NCBI RefSeq assembly: GCF_004010195.1
Contig: NC_057718.1
Span: forward strand, 47,559,556-47,623,555
Length of the DNA stretch: 64,000 nucleotides
Source: Chiloscyllium plagiosum
Taxonomy: Eukaryota
Direction of reading: 5' to 3'
Positions within the stretch are counted from its first letter, which is position 1; each line of letters opens with the position of its first letter. Shown one piece after another: positions 49,646 through 63,339 of this stretch. Below the pieces are notes generated by a model. The model had not been told where the DNA came from. It made no database searches and saw only the letters and a list, made by a program, of their open reading frames with translations. The translations under genes and the position numbers were made by a program.

Positions 49646-51618
49646 GTATTCTGCTTCATTGTCACACGCAAACCTTTTCTCCCTATAAATCAAAGTATGA
49701 TTTTATAGGCACAATATCTAATAAAATTGAATAAAATATCCTTGTTTGCTTAATGGAAACGTCATAAGTCTTCTTGATCCATCTTGCTATAATATTACCC
49801 AGTCAATGAAGATGAAAATTATTCCAGAATAGTGTATATTGGGTTGCTCTCATGTCCTGAGCAACTCATACTTATGAAGAAAACTCTGGAATAGTGAAAT
49901 CTAACACTGGAGTATTAAGTGTGTAGAAAAAGACACTATTTTTGGCTGACTGCATAACCCAAAAGTACACTAAACTCAGTAACCGATATATCAATTTCAG
50001 ACATGGCTTTCAAGTTCTTGCTCTTCTGTAGCACTACTTAATTTATGAAATTTGCATACTGTTTACTTCAAAGTTGGGCAACACCTAGTGGTGCATCTAC
50101 TGATATGAATTTTGTCTTTTCAAACTCAGTCTCCAGAGTGAATATCAAATTATACGTCACTAGAATGAAATACACTTACGGCTGGAAGCAACTTGAGATA
50201 GTAGTTCAAACATAATGCACAATAAACATATCAGTACATCAAAGTTATTAATATTAGTTTAAATCTGCAATAGATCTGCACCAATAAATCAAAATCTCCT
50301 ACTGACAATAATCATAGGGACTCTATGTTTTTCTTGATGATGCAATTCAGGTTATTACCTCACATCTATCACTCATTATTTAGCCTCTTCTTACCTGGCC
50401 TAACTCATCCTTCATCTCCTTGATCCTCTGGCTTTTACAATGACTAACAATAACTGCAGATCAGTACTCGTTTATGTACTATGCTCTCTTGATTAAGCTA
50501 TGCAAGTTGAAAATCCTGGAGTTGTTCAAATTTTATATGGTCTCTCAATTCTGCAGCAACTTCATATGTGGTTTGACTTTTTCCAGACCTGAAATCTATT
50601 TGAAACAAAGTAACAAACTAAGCAGAGTTACTCAAATATTCAGTAATTCAATTACATTAAACATGGTCCAAGAAAAAATTAAACCAACTCATTTTTGAAA
50701 AACTGTAGTTTAAATTGCAAAAGAAATGACATAAAACTGGATGTATACTCTTTAGGTATGTAACATAACTGATCAAGTCAAAAAACTGGTTTTGAACTGC
50801 TGTAATGCATTATAACTTTAGTACTTAGGCATAATTGAAACAAAACACCTTTAATACAGGCAGCTATAATCAAAAGTTGGAAGTATTCTGAGCAGGAACA
50901 TCAACTTCTCTGGCATTTCTGATCAAATCCAATTCAGATACTGGGATGATAATATCCCCTCTGTTGGCCGAAGGATCTTATTTTAAAAATTAGGATAAGA
51001 ACTACTTCTAGTTAAGTAATTTAGCACAAATTGGCAACCAAATTTAGAAGTATATGATTGCTACTGTTTAAGTTAAACAAAGGGTTTGTTTTGAAAGATA
51101 TAAGCTGAAGGGGATTTTTAACCCTGCACTAATTATCTGAAATAGTGTGACAATATATTTTTCAAGTCAAATCATCTCCATATTTATTCATCCATCCAGA
51201 TACAGCTTCGAGCTGGCACTGGAAGCAAGATGAATAAAAGAGTATTGAACACAATATTGCTGGAAAAATTAATGGCTAATGGCAGTTTTTGAGCTCAATC
51301 ACCTAACCTTCATAAACTTTCAAAGATGCTGCTAAACTCCTTTCCCAGTCCACTCATCAATTCGGCTCTCATTCCTTTGTGATTAACCTTATTTAAATTC
51401 AGCACAGTTGCTTCTGACTCAGGTTTCTCACTGTCACAGTGTAGATTCTATTATATTACAGTCATCGTTCCCTTTGGAATCTTTTACTGAGACATCATTT
51501 ACTACACTTGCCTCATTGCCCATTACCAAAGACAGAATACATGATCCCTGCTCAAATCCACAACATATTGTTTCAGGAAGGTATCCAGAATAAACTCTAA
51601 ATTCTTCCTCATGGCTGC

Positions 51619-52354
51619 TGTTATGAAGTTGAAGGCATGCAATGTACCTTTAAGGGAGAGAGAATACTGTTCTACACTGAGAACTTACAAGACCAGTCTC
51701 AGAGTGCACTGGAAAATTGAAAATATGTAACATTCGGCTGTGAAATGGATACTTGAGTTGGTTGCTGTTTTGACAACATTTCGAATTTAACCAGTGAATT
51801 TAAATTATACCTTAGGATACTCAAACCCAATCGAGTTTGAATTTATTGTTTTGCCAACATTGAACCAATGACACAATCTGATGTTGGGGATATGAAAAGG
51901 GCAGACATTTTGAAAATCACAGCAATTGCCACTGAGAGAGAGAAAGACCCAGGACACTGAAACATTCTCTATCAAAGGTATCTTTTTCACATGAAACACA
52001 TTTGCAATAAGAAGGAAAGATGCTGACCAGCCGGAAGAAGACAGACATCGAAGATGACAGCCACTATATGGTTTTGAAATTAAGTTGACATAATCTTAAT
52101 AAGTGTTTTATTGGAACAGTATATTGTTATAGAATTGGAGGCAGGTAATAAGCAGTTAAGAAAAAAAGGGCCCGAGAATTATGAACAATTGTTTAATGTT
52201 CACTTTTACAGTTAAAGAATAAATTGATATTATTTTCTTTAAATAGTGAAATTTGGAAGTTTTCTGTCACTCATTTTAACAGATTACAGGGTAAAGTGAA
52301 CTGTTCTGGGTGTTTAGTCTAATTAACAGAAGGGTTCATTGCAGTGTCGTAACA
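51619..52354 (+). mobile_element. Probable solo LTR (736 bp)
   Basis: TGTTA...TAACA termini, flanks ctgc / ctac (imperfect 4-bp TSD), internal AATAAA near 52218. Confidence 0.65.
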
Positions 52355-52807
52355 CTACCTCTGCCACACCTTCCAAATGTACATGAAGATTACACTCACC
52401 TATGATTAATAGGGTCATAGAGATGTAGAGCATGGAAACAGCTGACAAAGGAAGTGGTGGAGGCTTATACAATTATAACATTTAAAAGACATTTAGATAG
52501 GTATATGAATAGGAAGGGTTTAGAGGGATATTGGCCAAATGCTGGCAAATGGAACTACATTAATTTAGGATATCTGATCTGCATGCATGAGTTGGACTGA
52601 AGGGTTTGTTTCCAGACTCTAGTCCATGACTATTATTCATGGGTGACATTAATCTTTGTATACATTTGGAAAATGTGGCAGAGGTAGTGTTACAACACTG
52701 CGGTGAACCCCTCTATTAATTAGACTAAAAAACCCAGAAAAGCTCACTTCGCCTCAAACTATTAAAATATGAGTGACAGAAAACTCCCAAATTCCACTAT
52801 TTAAAGA
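52236..52807. repeat. Local ~200-bp inverted duplication around a CR1 3' tail
   Basis: 52236-~52440 matches the reverse complement of ~52605-52807; CR1 tail on + at 52441-52632. Confidence 0.8.
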
Positions 52808-54428
52808 TGTACTGCCTTTCTTGCTTCTGCGTCTCCTTATTTACTTTCTGTCCTATAACTACTGTTAAACAGCCCACAGACTACTCCAAGTTGTGTTTTA
52901 TTCTCTTTTTTATTTCTTACCTCCACCATTATAAATTTTACATGTTCCAATCCAGACTATTTCTTGCTGTACCTTCCCATACTAACAAAGCTACCCTACA
53001 ACCCGTTGCTTCCTGCATGACCCCTGGATATTTAGTTCCAGTTCTGATCTCCTTCTAATCATGTCTCTGTAATGGCTACAATTTCATACTCAAGATCATC
53101 TTTTGTGGTGTTAGCTAATTTATTTTGTTCTTAATACTGAATATGTTCAAACAGCCATTAATTTTGCCTTTCACAATTTATCCCTGTTGACCTAACTTGC
53201 TGCAATCTGCTCTCCTGAGCACTCCAAGGTATTAACAAATAGGCAACATTGCAGTGTTATAATCGTCAAAGGCTGAAATATGATTCTCAGCCACAGGCAT
53301 TGTTAATTGCTTTTCCAAGTCAAATTTTATCTGGTAGCACAAATCAGCCATTATCTTCCAGCTGAAATCAAATTTTCCCCTGAGACACTTTCAAATAAAT
53401 CCAGAGAAGTGATCCTCTGGCAGTGTTACTGAAAAGGAAGATAAAGGATGAACCTAGCCATTTGTGAACAGAAAACTAAACTGTTTGGCATGCTTTTACT
53501 CTCCCTTCAAAAGGCAATCCCATGATTCCAATTTCAAGGATGAAATCAGAATGAGTTTGTTCTAGAACAGCAACCAGTTTCTAAAAATGTAAAAGTAGCA
53601 CATAAGGACTCAGCAATCACCCTTTAAACCCACAAATATTATTTGTCCTTTTCAAATCACTGTTGCATCCAGAATCATACCCAGCAATACTAGATGTTTA
53701 TTCATGGAGGTAAATTGATGATACAGTGCCATCCAGTGTTCTCAAATGCAAGTAGAGTAGATTTTGAAATGGCATTAGTCCTGGTCTATTGTAACATTTT
53801 TAAAAGCTGCATTTAATTCTGTCAGGAGCTTCAGTCACACAACTAAATCAGCAACCTATCAGAATTGATCTCTGCCCAATTTTATCTCCCAGAAGGAAAA
53901 GGCAAGAACAAACTGTTTAATCTAAAAACTTGTTGGTCACAATTTTTAATTAATGCTGGGACACAACATACTGGTTCAAAAAAATCGTTCAATTGTTTAA
54001 AATTGGCAGTAAAATTTCTTTAACAAGCACTGAATTCATGAGAAGTCTATTTTTCAAAGGAGGCTTGTAATTAGAAAAAGGATGTGAATGAACATGATAC
54101 CAAATCAAATCATACTTTTCCTCTTGATTTTTTTAAAAATAGAAATTGCACCCCAAAAAGTTGCTTTAGTTTCAATCACAAAAATAATGTTAATAATGTC
54201 CTCTTTTTCTTACTCAGATTCTGCCTGTATTTCAAAATGCTCAAGCAGCAAACATTAAAAGGGACATTTAGATAAATAATGTTATTAGACCAGTGAATCT
54301 TCTGAATCCAACTTATTTGGAGAGTATAGTTTAAAATTCTATCCTGCCCACAACATCCCAAAAAATCAAGTTGATTTAAAAAAAAATTAAAATATACAAT
54401 AACTATTAAATTTAATGCTAAAACTTAC

Positions 54429-54482
54429 CGGTTCTGTAAGAGTGGCATCTTTTTCCAAGAACTGTACCACACAATAAGCTAA
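54429..54482 (-). CDS. PPP2R5A: PPP2R5A exon LAYCVVQFLEKDATLTEP
   Basis: ttctag acceptor, gtaagt donor; 54 bp, phase 0/0. Confidence 0.96.
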
Positions 54483-54934
54483 CTAGAAGACAAAAATGAA
54501 CATAAATGATTTGCAGCAGCAATTGGTGAAATCGAAATGGATGTCGATCCTATATGCACAAATCTAAGCAATAACTTGATAGGGCTGTCAAACAATCTCT
54601 TCATTTCACTCAACAAATGAGTGAATATTAGAGAATGTATGAAAATAATGCTAGAAACAGACACACAAGCAGTTCGCAATTGCTCATTTTAAAATGTGTA
54701 TTCCAAGATGAAGCTTTTCTGAATGTGGAATTTCCTTTAAGTTATTGTTGTACACGCTAGGAAACTTCAGACACATTTATTGTACATGATATGCATTGAG
54801 AATGGACAAATACATGCCTTTGCTTTGTTTAAAAAGTTATTCAGACATAATTTACCCATTTTTCTTTTTTTTTTGAAAAATGACACCCAGGTTTAATTCA
54901 TTAAAACTGCATTTTTCCAGACCTGAAATGGAAT

Positions 54935-55287
54935 TCCTTATAGAAGTTTATAAAATCATGAGAAGCAAAGTCTTTTACCCCAGAGTAGGGGAGTCCAAAA
55001 CTGGAGGGCATAGGTTTAAGGTGAGAGGAGAAAGATTTTAAAGGGGTCTAAGGGGCAGAGGGTGCAGAGGGTGGTGCATATATGGAACAAGCTGCCAGAA
55101 GTGGTGGAGGAGTGTGGTACAATCACAACATTTAAAAGGCATTTGGATGAGTATATGAATAAGAAGGGTTTAGAGGGATATGGGCCAAAAGCTGGCAAAT
55201 GATACTGGATTAATTCAGAATTTCTGGTTGGCATGGCCAGGTTGGACCGAAGGATCAGATTCATGCCATATAATCACTATGACTCTA
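54935..55287 (+). mobile_element. CR1 3' fragment
   Basis: Matches 5185-5547. Confidence 0.85.
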
Positions 55288-57834
55288 ATTTTCTATAATT
55301 GTGTGTGTCAAAATAGTGTACCACTATTTTACGGATATCACGTTTGCCCTAATGAATCATATTGAAAAATTGTTAATTTAATGAGCAGTATTTAATGAAC
55401 AGAAATTAATGTCAAATTAGCTATAGAAACTAACCAAAGAGGAAAGAAAGATTGGATCAAAAGAGAGATAGACAACAAAGACAAAGAAATCCCTCTCAGT
55501 AATAGTAATGGGAATCCATATCTGTAGGAAGGATTTCCAGTACCAGAGAGATTGTTTGATAGCAATTAAGACATATCATATTGATAAAATAAAACTATAC
55601 TGAAATGGACAAACCATAACATTTTCTGGCAGGTTCATAGGGCACTTGTGTACATATCTATCAATTTTACTCCATTTCACGTTTTTAATCACTAAGACTT
55701 CTGGAGGAACGGGGCATCTTGGGCAGCATCTTTCTAATCACTGCACTTGACAGTGCATGTGCAGTGGCTGGAGGTTGGTTGATTAGTACTTTAAGAATGG
55801 TGAATGCTGTTAGCCTCTCAGTAACTATACGTTAGTCACATCTCTCACCATCAATATTTTTCAAAGAAAGATTGTATTGTCTGTTAAGATAAACATGTCC
55901 ATGGTCTAGGAGAAGGTATTTGGTATAAATACTCCAGGATAAGATCTTTGCAAGTCTGCAAAATCATTTTTAATTTCCTATATTTGTCTTCTGTGACAAT
56001 TCGGGGCAATAAAGGTCAGTGGTATTATGGACTCAGTGTGACAATGAGTTAGATTGAATGCAACCAAACAATTGAATTGTGTTTTTCACTGCAAAATTTC
56101 ATCACGGTGGCTAGTTGAATGCATCTTATTTCAAGGAACACTATTTTGAAACAGCAGTCTTAAAAACATAAAACTTCTCCAGATTTATATAATTTTATTC
56201 AGTTTCCAAACTGAAATTATTTTTAAACACTCATTATCTTTAGAATCCACATGTAAAATGTCGTAAGCAATCACTTGGTAATCAATAGTTTGCAATTTTC
56301 CCATAGCATCTTCATTGAAAGTTAGAGGATACCACTTTAATATCTCTATGTTAACCTGTACAGTTCTCCTGAGGCAGGGCTTGGAGCATAATTTTCCGCG
56401 TTAATTAAAATTAAGCTCATGAAATAATTAAATTCCTATTTAAAATTAATTTAATATACCTGTTAATATAACAATCACTCCAAGCTTACCACTGAGGATA
56501 GTGCTGTGAAATTCTCAGTGCTGTGAATGTAAGTTAAAAATTAAAGGCTTGTTTAAGAATTATGAGGTGAAACTGGTGATTAATTTGCTGCACTGTATAA
56601 TCATTTTAAATGTTTATAAAGAATTCAGAGTGAATACCCAATCACAAACAATAAATACGAAACAAGATACAGTTATTGTGAAAAGGCAAGATGGTAAATT
56701 CTTGACACTAGACAAAGGCCATCTGAAGAATAAGAAACATTAACAGTGAGAGGCTGTGGCCAGTGGCTCAAAGTCAGAATGGACAAACGCAAATTGTCAT
56801 ACAAGCATCTAACCAACCACCTCTTAAAACAATTGGACAATAAAGCCTCCAAAACTAGGTTTAAACTAAACTGAGTATAGCAGAGTGACTGACATTCATG
56901 GCTATGGGACAAGTGCTGGAAAATGGGATAAGAATAGTTAGGTAGTTATTTTTGTCCAATGCGGTGCAGACATGGGTCAAAGGGCCTTTTTCTGTGTTGT
57001 AGATTTCTATCACTCACAATTGAGAAATGAGTTGGGAGCATTTGAGAAGGTGGATCTAGGAACCATATAGAAAGACTAGATAACTGACCGAAGACTGACT
57101 TGGTCGTTTTCTGAGAACTGAAGAACACTACTAATTAGCTAATGAGTTTGTAGACCATCTTATGCAATAAACGCTCTGCTAAAACAATTCTCACAGTCAG
57201 TCAGCACATATCTTAAAGCACATTGTGCAAAGTAGCATGGCTGCATGCTTATATAGCTTTAATACAAACATACATAAACAGAAATGACCAAATATAAAGG
57301 TTCAAAAGTGGCTTCACACAATTTCTAATATTTTCTATTAAAGAAATCCAACTGACATTCCAACAGCTTTTCAGAAAAGAAAGATCTTTTGCTGAATAAG
57401 GTACATGGGCTAAAGGTGAAAGGAATACAATAGGTAGTGCAAAGAGGTAGGGGATGGAAAAGTGAGACAGTGGGGGCACTGGGCTGAGGTGAGAAGGGCT
57501 GTGAGAGTGAAGGGAAAAAGAGAGTGACGAGTGAGGAGGAAGGGGAAGTGGAGTGCATGAGCAACAATGAACAGCAAGCATAAGAAAATAGTGTCAAGAA
57601 GAGCAGCTGCCAGGCAAACGTAGGTGGGGCAATGAGGGCTGGAAGTGAGGAAAGGAGGGAATGGTGATGAGGGAGTGGGATAAAGGTTGAAGAGAGAGCA
57701 AGGACGTGAATGAGAGTTTTGCTTGGGGTGGGGGAAGAGGAGGTATGGATGCCAAAGTAGAGTGAGGACAGGTTGGGGAGGGAAGTATGAGGCAGCGTGG
57801 AGAGGGGTGAGACATGGAGAGAAAAAGGAGATAC

Positions 57835-57898
57835 AGGAGAAGGGCAAGAATTAGGGGAGAAAGGAGAAGGGCAAGAATTAGGGGAGAAAGGAGAAGGG
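57835..57898 (+). repeat. 27-bp tandem repeat (about 2.4 copies) within a purine-rich tract (about 57400-57930)
   Basis: aggagaagggcaagaattaggggagaa x2 plus aggagaaggg. Confidence 0.85.
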
Positions 57899-58140
57899 AA
57901 AGAAATGGCAAGCAAAAGGCGAATGTAGAGGAAGTGCTAAGGTCCTCTATAACTGAAGGGATTGTTTCTCACTTTTCTATTTCATATCCCTTGTGATAAT
58001 GGCCTACCAGCAACTCTTTCAAAAGGTTAACAGGATTGTGAAAGAAAGTTTCTGTTTTGTAAATCTATGTTGACTTTGCCAAATCAGGTTATAATTTTAT
58101 AAAGAGTCTAACGATTACATTCTTTATTATAGATTCTAGT

Positions 58141-58263
58141 GTTGAAGGGCAACTGTGGAACAGCAATAGTGTTACTATCCCTGGATCAGGAGATTTGATT
58201 TCAAATCCCACCTGCTACTAAGGTGTGCAATAATTTCTCTGAATAGGTTAGTTGGAAAATATC
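58141..58263 (+). mobile_element. 123-bp tRNA-head SINE with an 11-bp TSD
   Basis: tagattctagt at 58130-58140 and 58264-58274; B-box-like ttcaaatcccacc. Confidence 0.65.
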
Positions 58264-59643
58264 TAGATTCTAGTAATTTTTCAACTAACGATGCCTGGCT
58301 CACAGGTCAATGAATCCCCATTTGTAAAATATTACATTTACAATTTTCAAATTGGAAAACAAACCATTATGGGTATTCTTCATCCTACATCTAAATTAAT
58401 AACCTATATCATAAGTTTACCTCTAACTCTGTGCATTTCGATTTCTTTCTGATAATCTCTGGTGCGAAAGCTGATCCAATGGATAATGCCCAATCACACT
58501 TCTCTAGCTAACGATAAACTTGTCATAATATCAGAGGACTCAAGGGCTACTCTCTTCCCTATTTATCCACTATATTAATGACCTTCTCTTCAGCTTTTAA
58601 AATTTTGAATTTTTACACAACAGATATTTTTAATAAAGAACAAATTTTCATTCAATTCATAGTGTTACGCATGAAACAAAGGGCTCCCAAATTGTAGAAC
58701 ACAGACATTAGCGGTTGTGGAGCACAGAATGAGTTCTGGCAGGTTTGAGGATCCTTTAAATATTAATACATTTTGCTGTTGGTGAGGATGGCTTAAGTAT
58801 CTGTTTTTGGAGGCCTGGTTGTGGTTACAACCGTAGCTTCCAAGCCCAGCTATTGTCATACCCTCTCAGCCTTCCCCAGCTCAACTCTCGAAGCAACACC
58901 ACCAACTTCAAGCATTCATTCTGGGGTCACATGACATTCCAGCTACTGAAATAGGCTCATTTCAGGAATTTTTAAAAAACTCAGCATTGGATAAATAAAC
59001 TTTAATGTCAGAAAAAGAACTTCTGACAAGGCCCATACAATCCCAAAAGTACTACTCCAAGAAATTGATCACATGTACTCAATTAATTCAGTTGCTTTCG
59101 GTTGCCCTATGTAGTTTCTCCATTCATCCAAGTACAAGGTGAATAAACCTTGCTTTCTGTTTCTTACTTCCAATATTCATATCATAGTATTTTGTCAAGC
59201 AAGCTTCATAAGGTCATCAAATAAAAATGGATCTAAGTATCTATCTAGACAATAAAGTGCCAAACTAACTACCTTGCAAAAAATAGACAGAAATACTTTG
59301 AACAGTCAATGTTGAACTTTACAATCTGTGGAACATTAGCCTTAATATCTGTTCCAAAAGCCTGGCCTTTTCAATATCTCAATTAACTTAAATGACTTAA
59401 TACAGGCATCTGGACATACCACAAATAAATTTGTTGCAAATGTTGTGGCTACATAATAAAAACATAATCCAGATCTGCTTTAGCAGTCATTAGGTCCAGC
59501 CCCTCACATTGCAGTGTACTATTTTTACTGGAAGTTTGAATGACACAAGAGTAGAATGTACATCAAAATAGAAAATCATAGTAGTTCTGGTGCCAAGTCA
59601 ATGATAATTTAAATCATACTTACATCAAGAAGTAATAGCCTAC

Positions 59644-59752
59644 CTGTGCATGAAATAGAGCTAAGCCTTTAGCAGTATGAAGGGGAATGAGCACCTTCAT
59701 AAGAAATTGTTTATGTTCTGCTTTCAATGGCAGTGCAAATCCATTAATAATA
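59644..59752 (-). CDS. PPP2R5A: PPP2R5A exon (S)[36 protein letters not shown]
   Basis: tttcag acceptor, gtaggc donor; 109 bp; the [12 protein letters not shown] segment is typical of the alpha isoform as recalled. Confidence 0.96.
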
Positions 59753-61535
59753 CTGAAAAATAAATAAAGTTAATAATTCACCCATTTAAAAGTTTGAAAT
59801 TATCTATTTATACAAGTACATTTAAATGAATCAAATTATTTTTAAAAATAAAATGCTGTATAATACAATATTTAATCTATTTTTATCTGAATGTGCTTCA
59901 TCTATTTACTTCCCTTGAGGTTGGTAATGGAGATAGAGCCTTTCTTTGCAATGTGCAAGAGAACTGTACATATACGACAATTACTGAAGTCAGTTGTTAA
60001 CTTAGTTTTCAACTCTGTCCAAGAAATACAAATGGCAAAATACAAAACCGGCAAAAGTTATCCAACAGCTTCCAAAACTACAGACACAGCCACCAATCGC
60101 TGATGACTCAACAGCCCTCATGTGTGAAAATGGGTTGCTAAAGAGCTTTGTAATCTGATCTGTAGATACATAGAAATATTTCTTCACTTCTATTAGAGGA
60201 CAGAAGTACATAAAAGTTTATATCTTTACAATAAAATCAATGCCTTCTGGTCGGTTTTAAGCAGGTCTGTACATTCATTTGGTAGATATGCAACTTTTTT
60301 TAAGAGTGATAACCAACCAACACTTGTTGATTTCAGGTGGTCAATCACCCACATTACATTTTGGCTGCATAGTTCAGCTGCACAGTGAGTACTTTTGTTG
60401 AGGCACCTAGGGGCCCACACTAATTTTAAGCATTTTCAAATAGATACACCGCAAACCCTCCTCGTTGTTGTAGATTGCTCTGGTACATTAGACATGTTGT
60501 GAAAAGATAAATTATTATGCACTTAAATTTAGTTAGAATGCAGAAAACATAATTAGGATGCTTCATTGCGGTTCTAGTATTCACAATGTGATCAAGATTA
60601 ACTATAATGCATTTATATTGCACATTTAATATAATTTAAACAACTTCAAATAATTTATATGGACAATTAGAATAAATAAGGAAAGTCTTTGTTGAGTGAA
60701 AAAAAATTGAGAAAAAATTTAAGAGGATAAGGAGAGAAATTCTGAAACATTAAACAGGGCAGCTAAACATTATTGTAGAATAGAAATTGCACGAGCAAAA
60801 GAAATGGATCAACAGAAAGTCATAATTGGCAGGCCAAAGATCTGAGTATGGGATGTAAATGTGGAGGAATTCTGAAAGGAAAGGTGTCATTTGGGTGGAA
60901 ATGTAGATAAAGGCATTGCTTTTGAGATAGAAAACAAACTCATGGATCACTGTAGTAGAGTTTTCCCAATAGTTTTCAGAATTGAGAAATTCATCGTTTT
61001 TTAGGTGCTGTGAATTACTGAACATAGTTTCAGACTCCCAAACTAAACAGAAAGGACATTCCAAGAATCTCTGATGCTTTGCCAGAACTTTAAAATTGAG
61101 TAAGTGAGTTGACAGAGGGAGAAACATTTCCTTGCATGTTGCAACATTGTCTTCAAGGTCAGAAAGAATCAGGCATGGGCAGTTACCCACAGGGTCAGCA
61201 CCTGCAGCTTCATTTCTGGGACCGACTTTGATTTTTGGAAGTTGCACCTCTCAAAACTTCTCTGACACCTTCCAATCACAACTGACAATATCCTGCTCTC
61301 AGCTCACAAATGCAAGACATAACATGCTGAATTCCAAGCACTCAACTCTCCTTTTCTACTGTATATGCATACATTGGCATGATTCGTATTTGACATACTA
61401 CTACATAAATTCAATGCTTCCACTATTCTATTTAGCTACTTTTCCACCTTTTGGTACAAAGCTCCAGCATTTTTGCATATCTTTCCAATGGCCTTTCTTT
61501 CCTTTAAGTTGCTTTAGAATGTGAAAGACAATCTG

Positions 61536-61865
61536 CACGGTGGCAGTGGGCGGCACGGTGGCACAGTGGTTAGCACTGCTGCCTCACAGCGCCTGAGACC
61601 CGGGTTCAATTCCCGCCTCAGGCGACTGACTGTGTGGAGTTTGCACGTTCTCCCCGTGTCTGCGTGGGTTTCCTCCGGGTGCTCCGGTTTCCTCCCACAG
61701 TCCAAAAGATGTGCAGGGTCAGGTGAATTGGCCATGCTAAATTGCCCGTAGTGTTAGGTAAGGGGTAAATGTAGGGGTATGGGTGGGTTTCGCTTCGGCG
61801 GGTCGGTATGGACTTGTTGGGCCGAAGGGCCTGTTTCCACACTGTAATGTAATCTAATCTAAATC
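61536..61865 (+). mobile_element. Young, CpG-rich HE1-like V-SINE with a partly duplicated head
   Basis: gcacggtggca twice; intact A box tggcacagtgg and B box ggttcaattcc; many CpGs retained; (aatct)n tail. Confidence 0.92.
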
Positions 61866-62234
61866 TATGCCCTTGTGCAATCAAAGTAGGGCATCTCGGA
61901 GATGAGTATTCAGGCAAAACTGGCAAGGAAAGCAGGTCGAGGGACACTGAGAATCCTCCTCTGATATCAATACTATCAAGTCAACTAGTTACTATTTTGG
62001 TCACCACAGTTATTGAATTGTTTTAACAATGCACTGCAGTAAAGTAATTTGAGATGATGAAAAACACGAGGCATCAAATAAACGTGAGACTTCATATTTA
62101 TTGATGGTTGTGGAACTACTGATAGTGAAGTACTAGAAACAGAGATGAGTAACAGTCTTACTTGACTCATACAAACCTCTAAGCAGAGAGGCTTAACATT
62201 ATCGGTTTGCCATTAAATTTAAAAGATAACTTAC

Positions 62235-62294
62235 CTTCCAAGTATCTCCAACAGTTCTGCAACTCCATTAAAGTGGTCAGTTTCATATATGAAC
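62235..62294 (-). CDS. PPP2R5A: PPP2R5A exon (R)[19 protein letters not shown](S); upstream exons lie beyond the window's right edge
   Basis: cttcag acceptor, gtaagt donor; 60 bp, in phase with the next exon. Confidence 0.96.
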
Positions 62295-63339
62295 CTGAAG
62301 AAATTATTGTTGGAAAATATTACTCCGTACTATAAGAACAGGTCCCAAAGAAACTATGAATGAACAATATAATAGAAATAGATTTTAATTAGCCTTTTTT
62401 GCTTATATAAACCTTTGTGTCAGCTGAAGTTACATTCTGACTCTCTCAACATACATTCTGACTATCCAGGAAGACTTATATGGAAAACTTATGCAACATT
62501 TAAACAACAATGCATATTGAAATTTGACAGATAAACAGATCAATGATAGTTAAAATATCTAAATATTAGCCATTTGAGCTACTAAGTATGTCTGAATTGA
62601 TTCTGCGTAAGATGCCAGTAATGCTACAACACAACGAATAAGCTTTCAGAAACTTGAGCAATTTGGCTGGAATAAATGAATAAGGTTTTGGGAAGTAAGT
62701 AGAAAAGCAAATTTGTCAGAAAATTTTAGCAAGCACAAGAAGTGATAATGTGGGAATTCCATCACTCCAGAATAGATTCTGAAAACAAGAGGAGTGCATA
62801 AAGCACAGTGTGTTTATGGAGAGTGGGTATGTGGAGGGAAGGTAGACTGCAGGAGGGAGGGAGAGAAAAGGAAGGGCTAGTTATTTACAAGTTAGAAATA
62901 TATGACTTGGAAGGGAATTTTAAAGGTAGCGATGTTCCCCACCTATTCTCGGTTTTCATTCTTCTCGGTCACTTATAGCGGAAGTCTGGAAAGCTGCTCA
63001 AGAAGCCATGGCAACAGCTGCACTGCACCTTGTAAATCATATGTATTATCCTCATGCTTTGTTTTGAAGGATAAAGTTGCTTTGATAGTGTCAAGCTTCT
63101 TTAATGTTGTTAAGATTGCACTCATCTGGGTAAGTCAAGAATATTCCAATACTCCCATCACGTCTGGTAGATGATGGAAAGGCTTTAGACAGACAGTCAG
63201 TTAGTTTACTAGTCACAGAATCCCCTGCTTCTGACCTCATCTTTGAATGACAACACTAGCATTGCTGGTCAGGTTAATTTCTTGGTTAACATCAAATCTA
63301 AGATGTTGATGGTGGGATGTTGATGTCAATATGCGGATA

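Noticed and set aside
57249..57915. Overlapping long ORFs up to 196 aa on the minus strand
   Set aside because: They arise from a C/T-rich low-complexity tract that lacks stops in several frames; the P/S/L-rich translations show no domain.
60750..61524. 165-aa and 130-aa ORFs in a PPP2R5A intron
   Set aside because: No recognisable domain and non-ATG starts; the region looks like decayed repeat sequence.
5974..61865. tRNA genes and repeated 'MCKLHTDS/LHVLPVSAWVSS' ORFs
   Set aside because: These are SINE heads and V-domains with no complete cloverleaf; the ORFs are translated SINE sequence.
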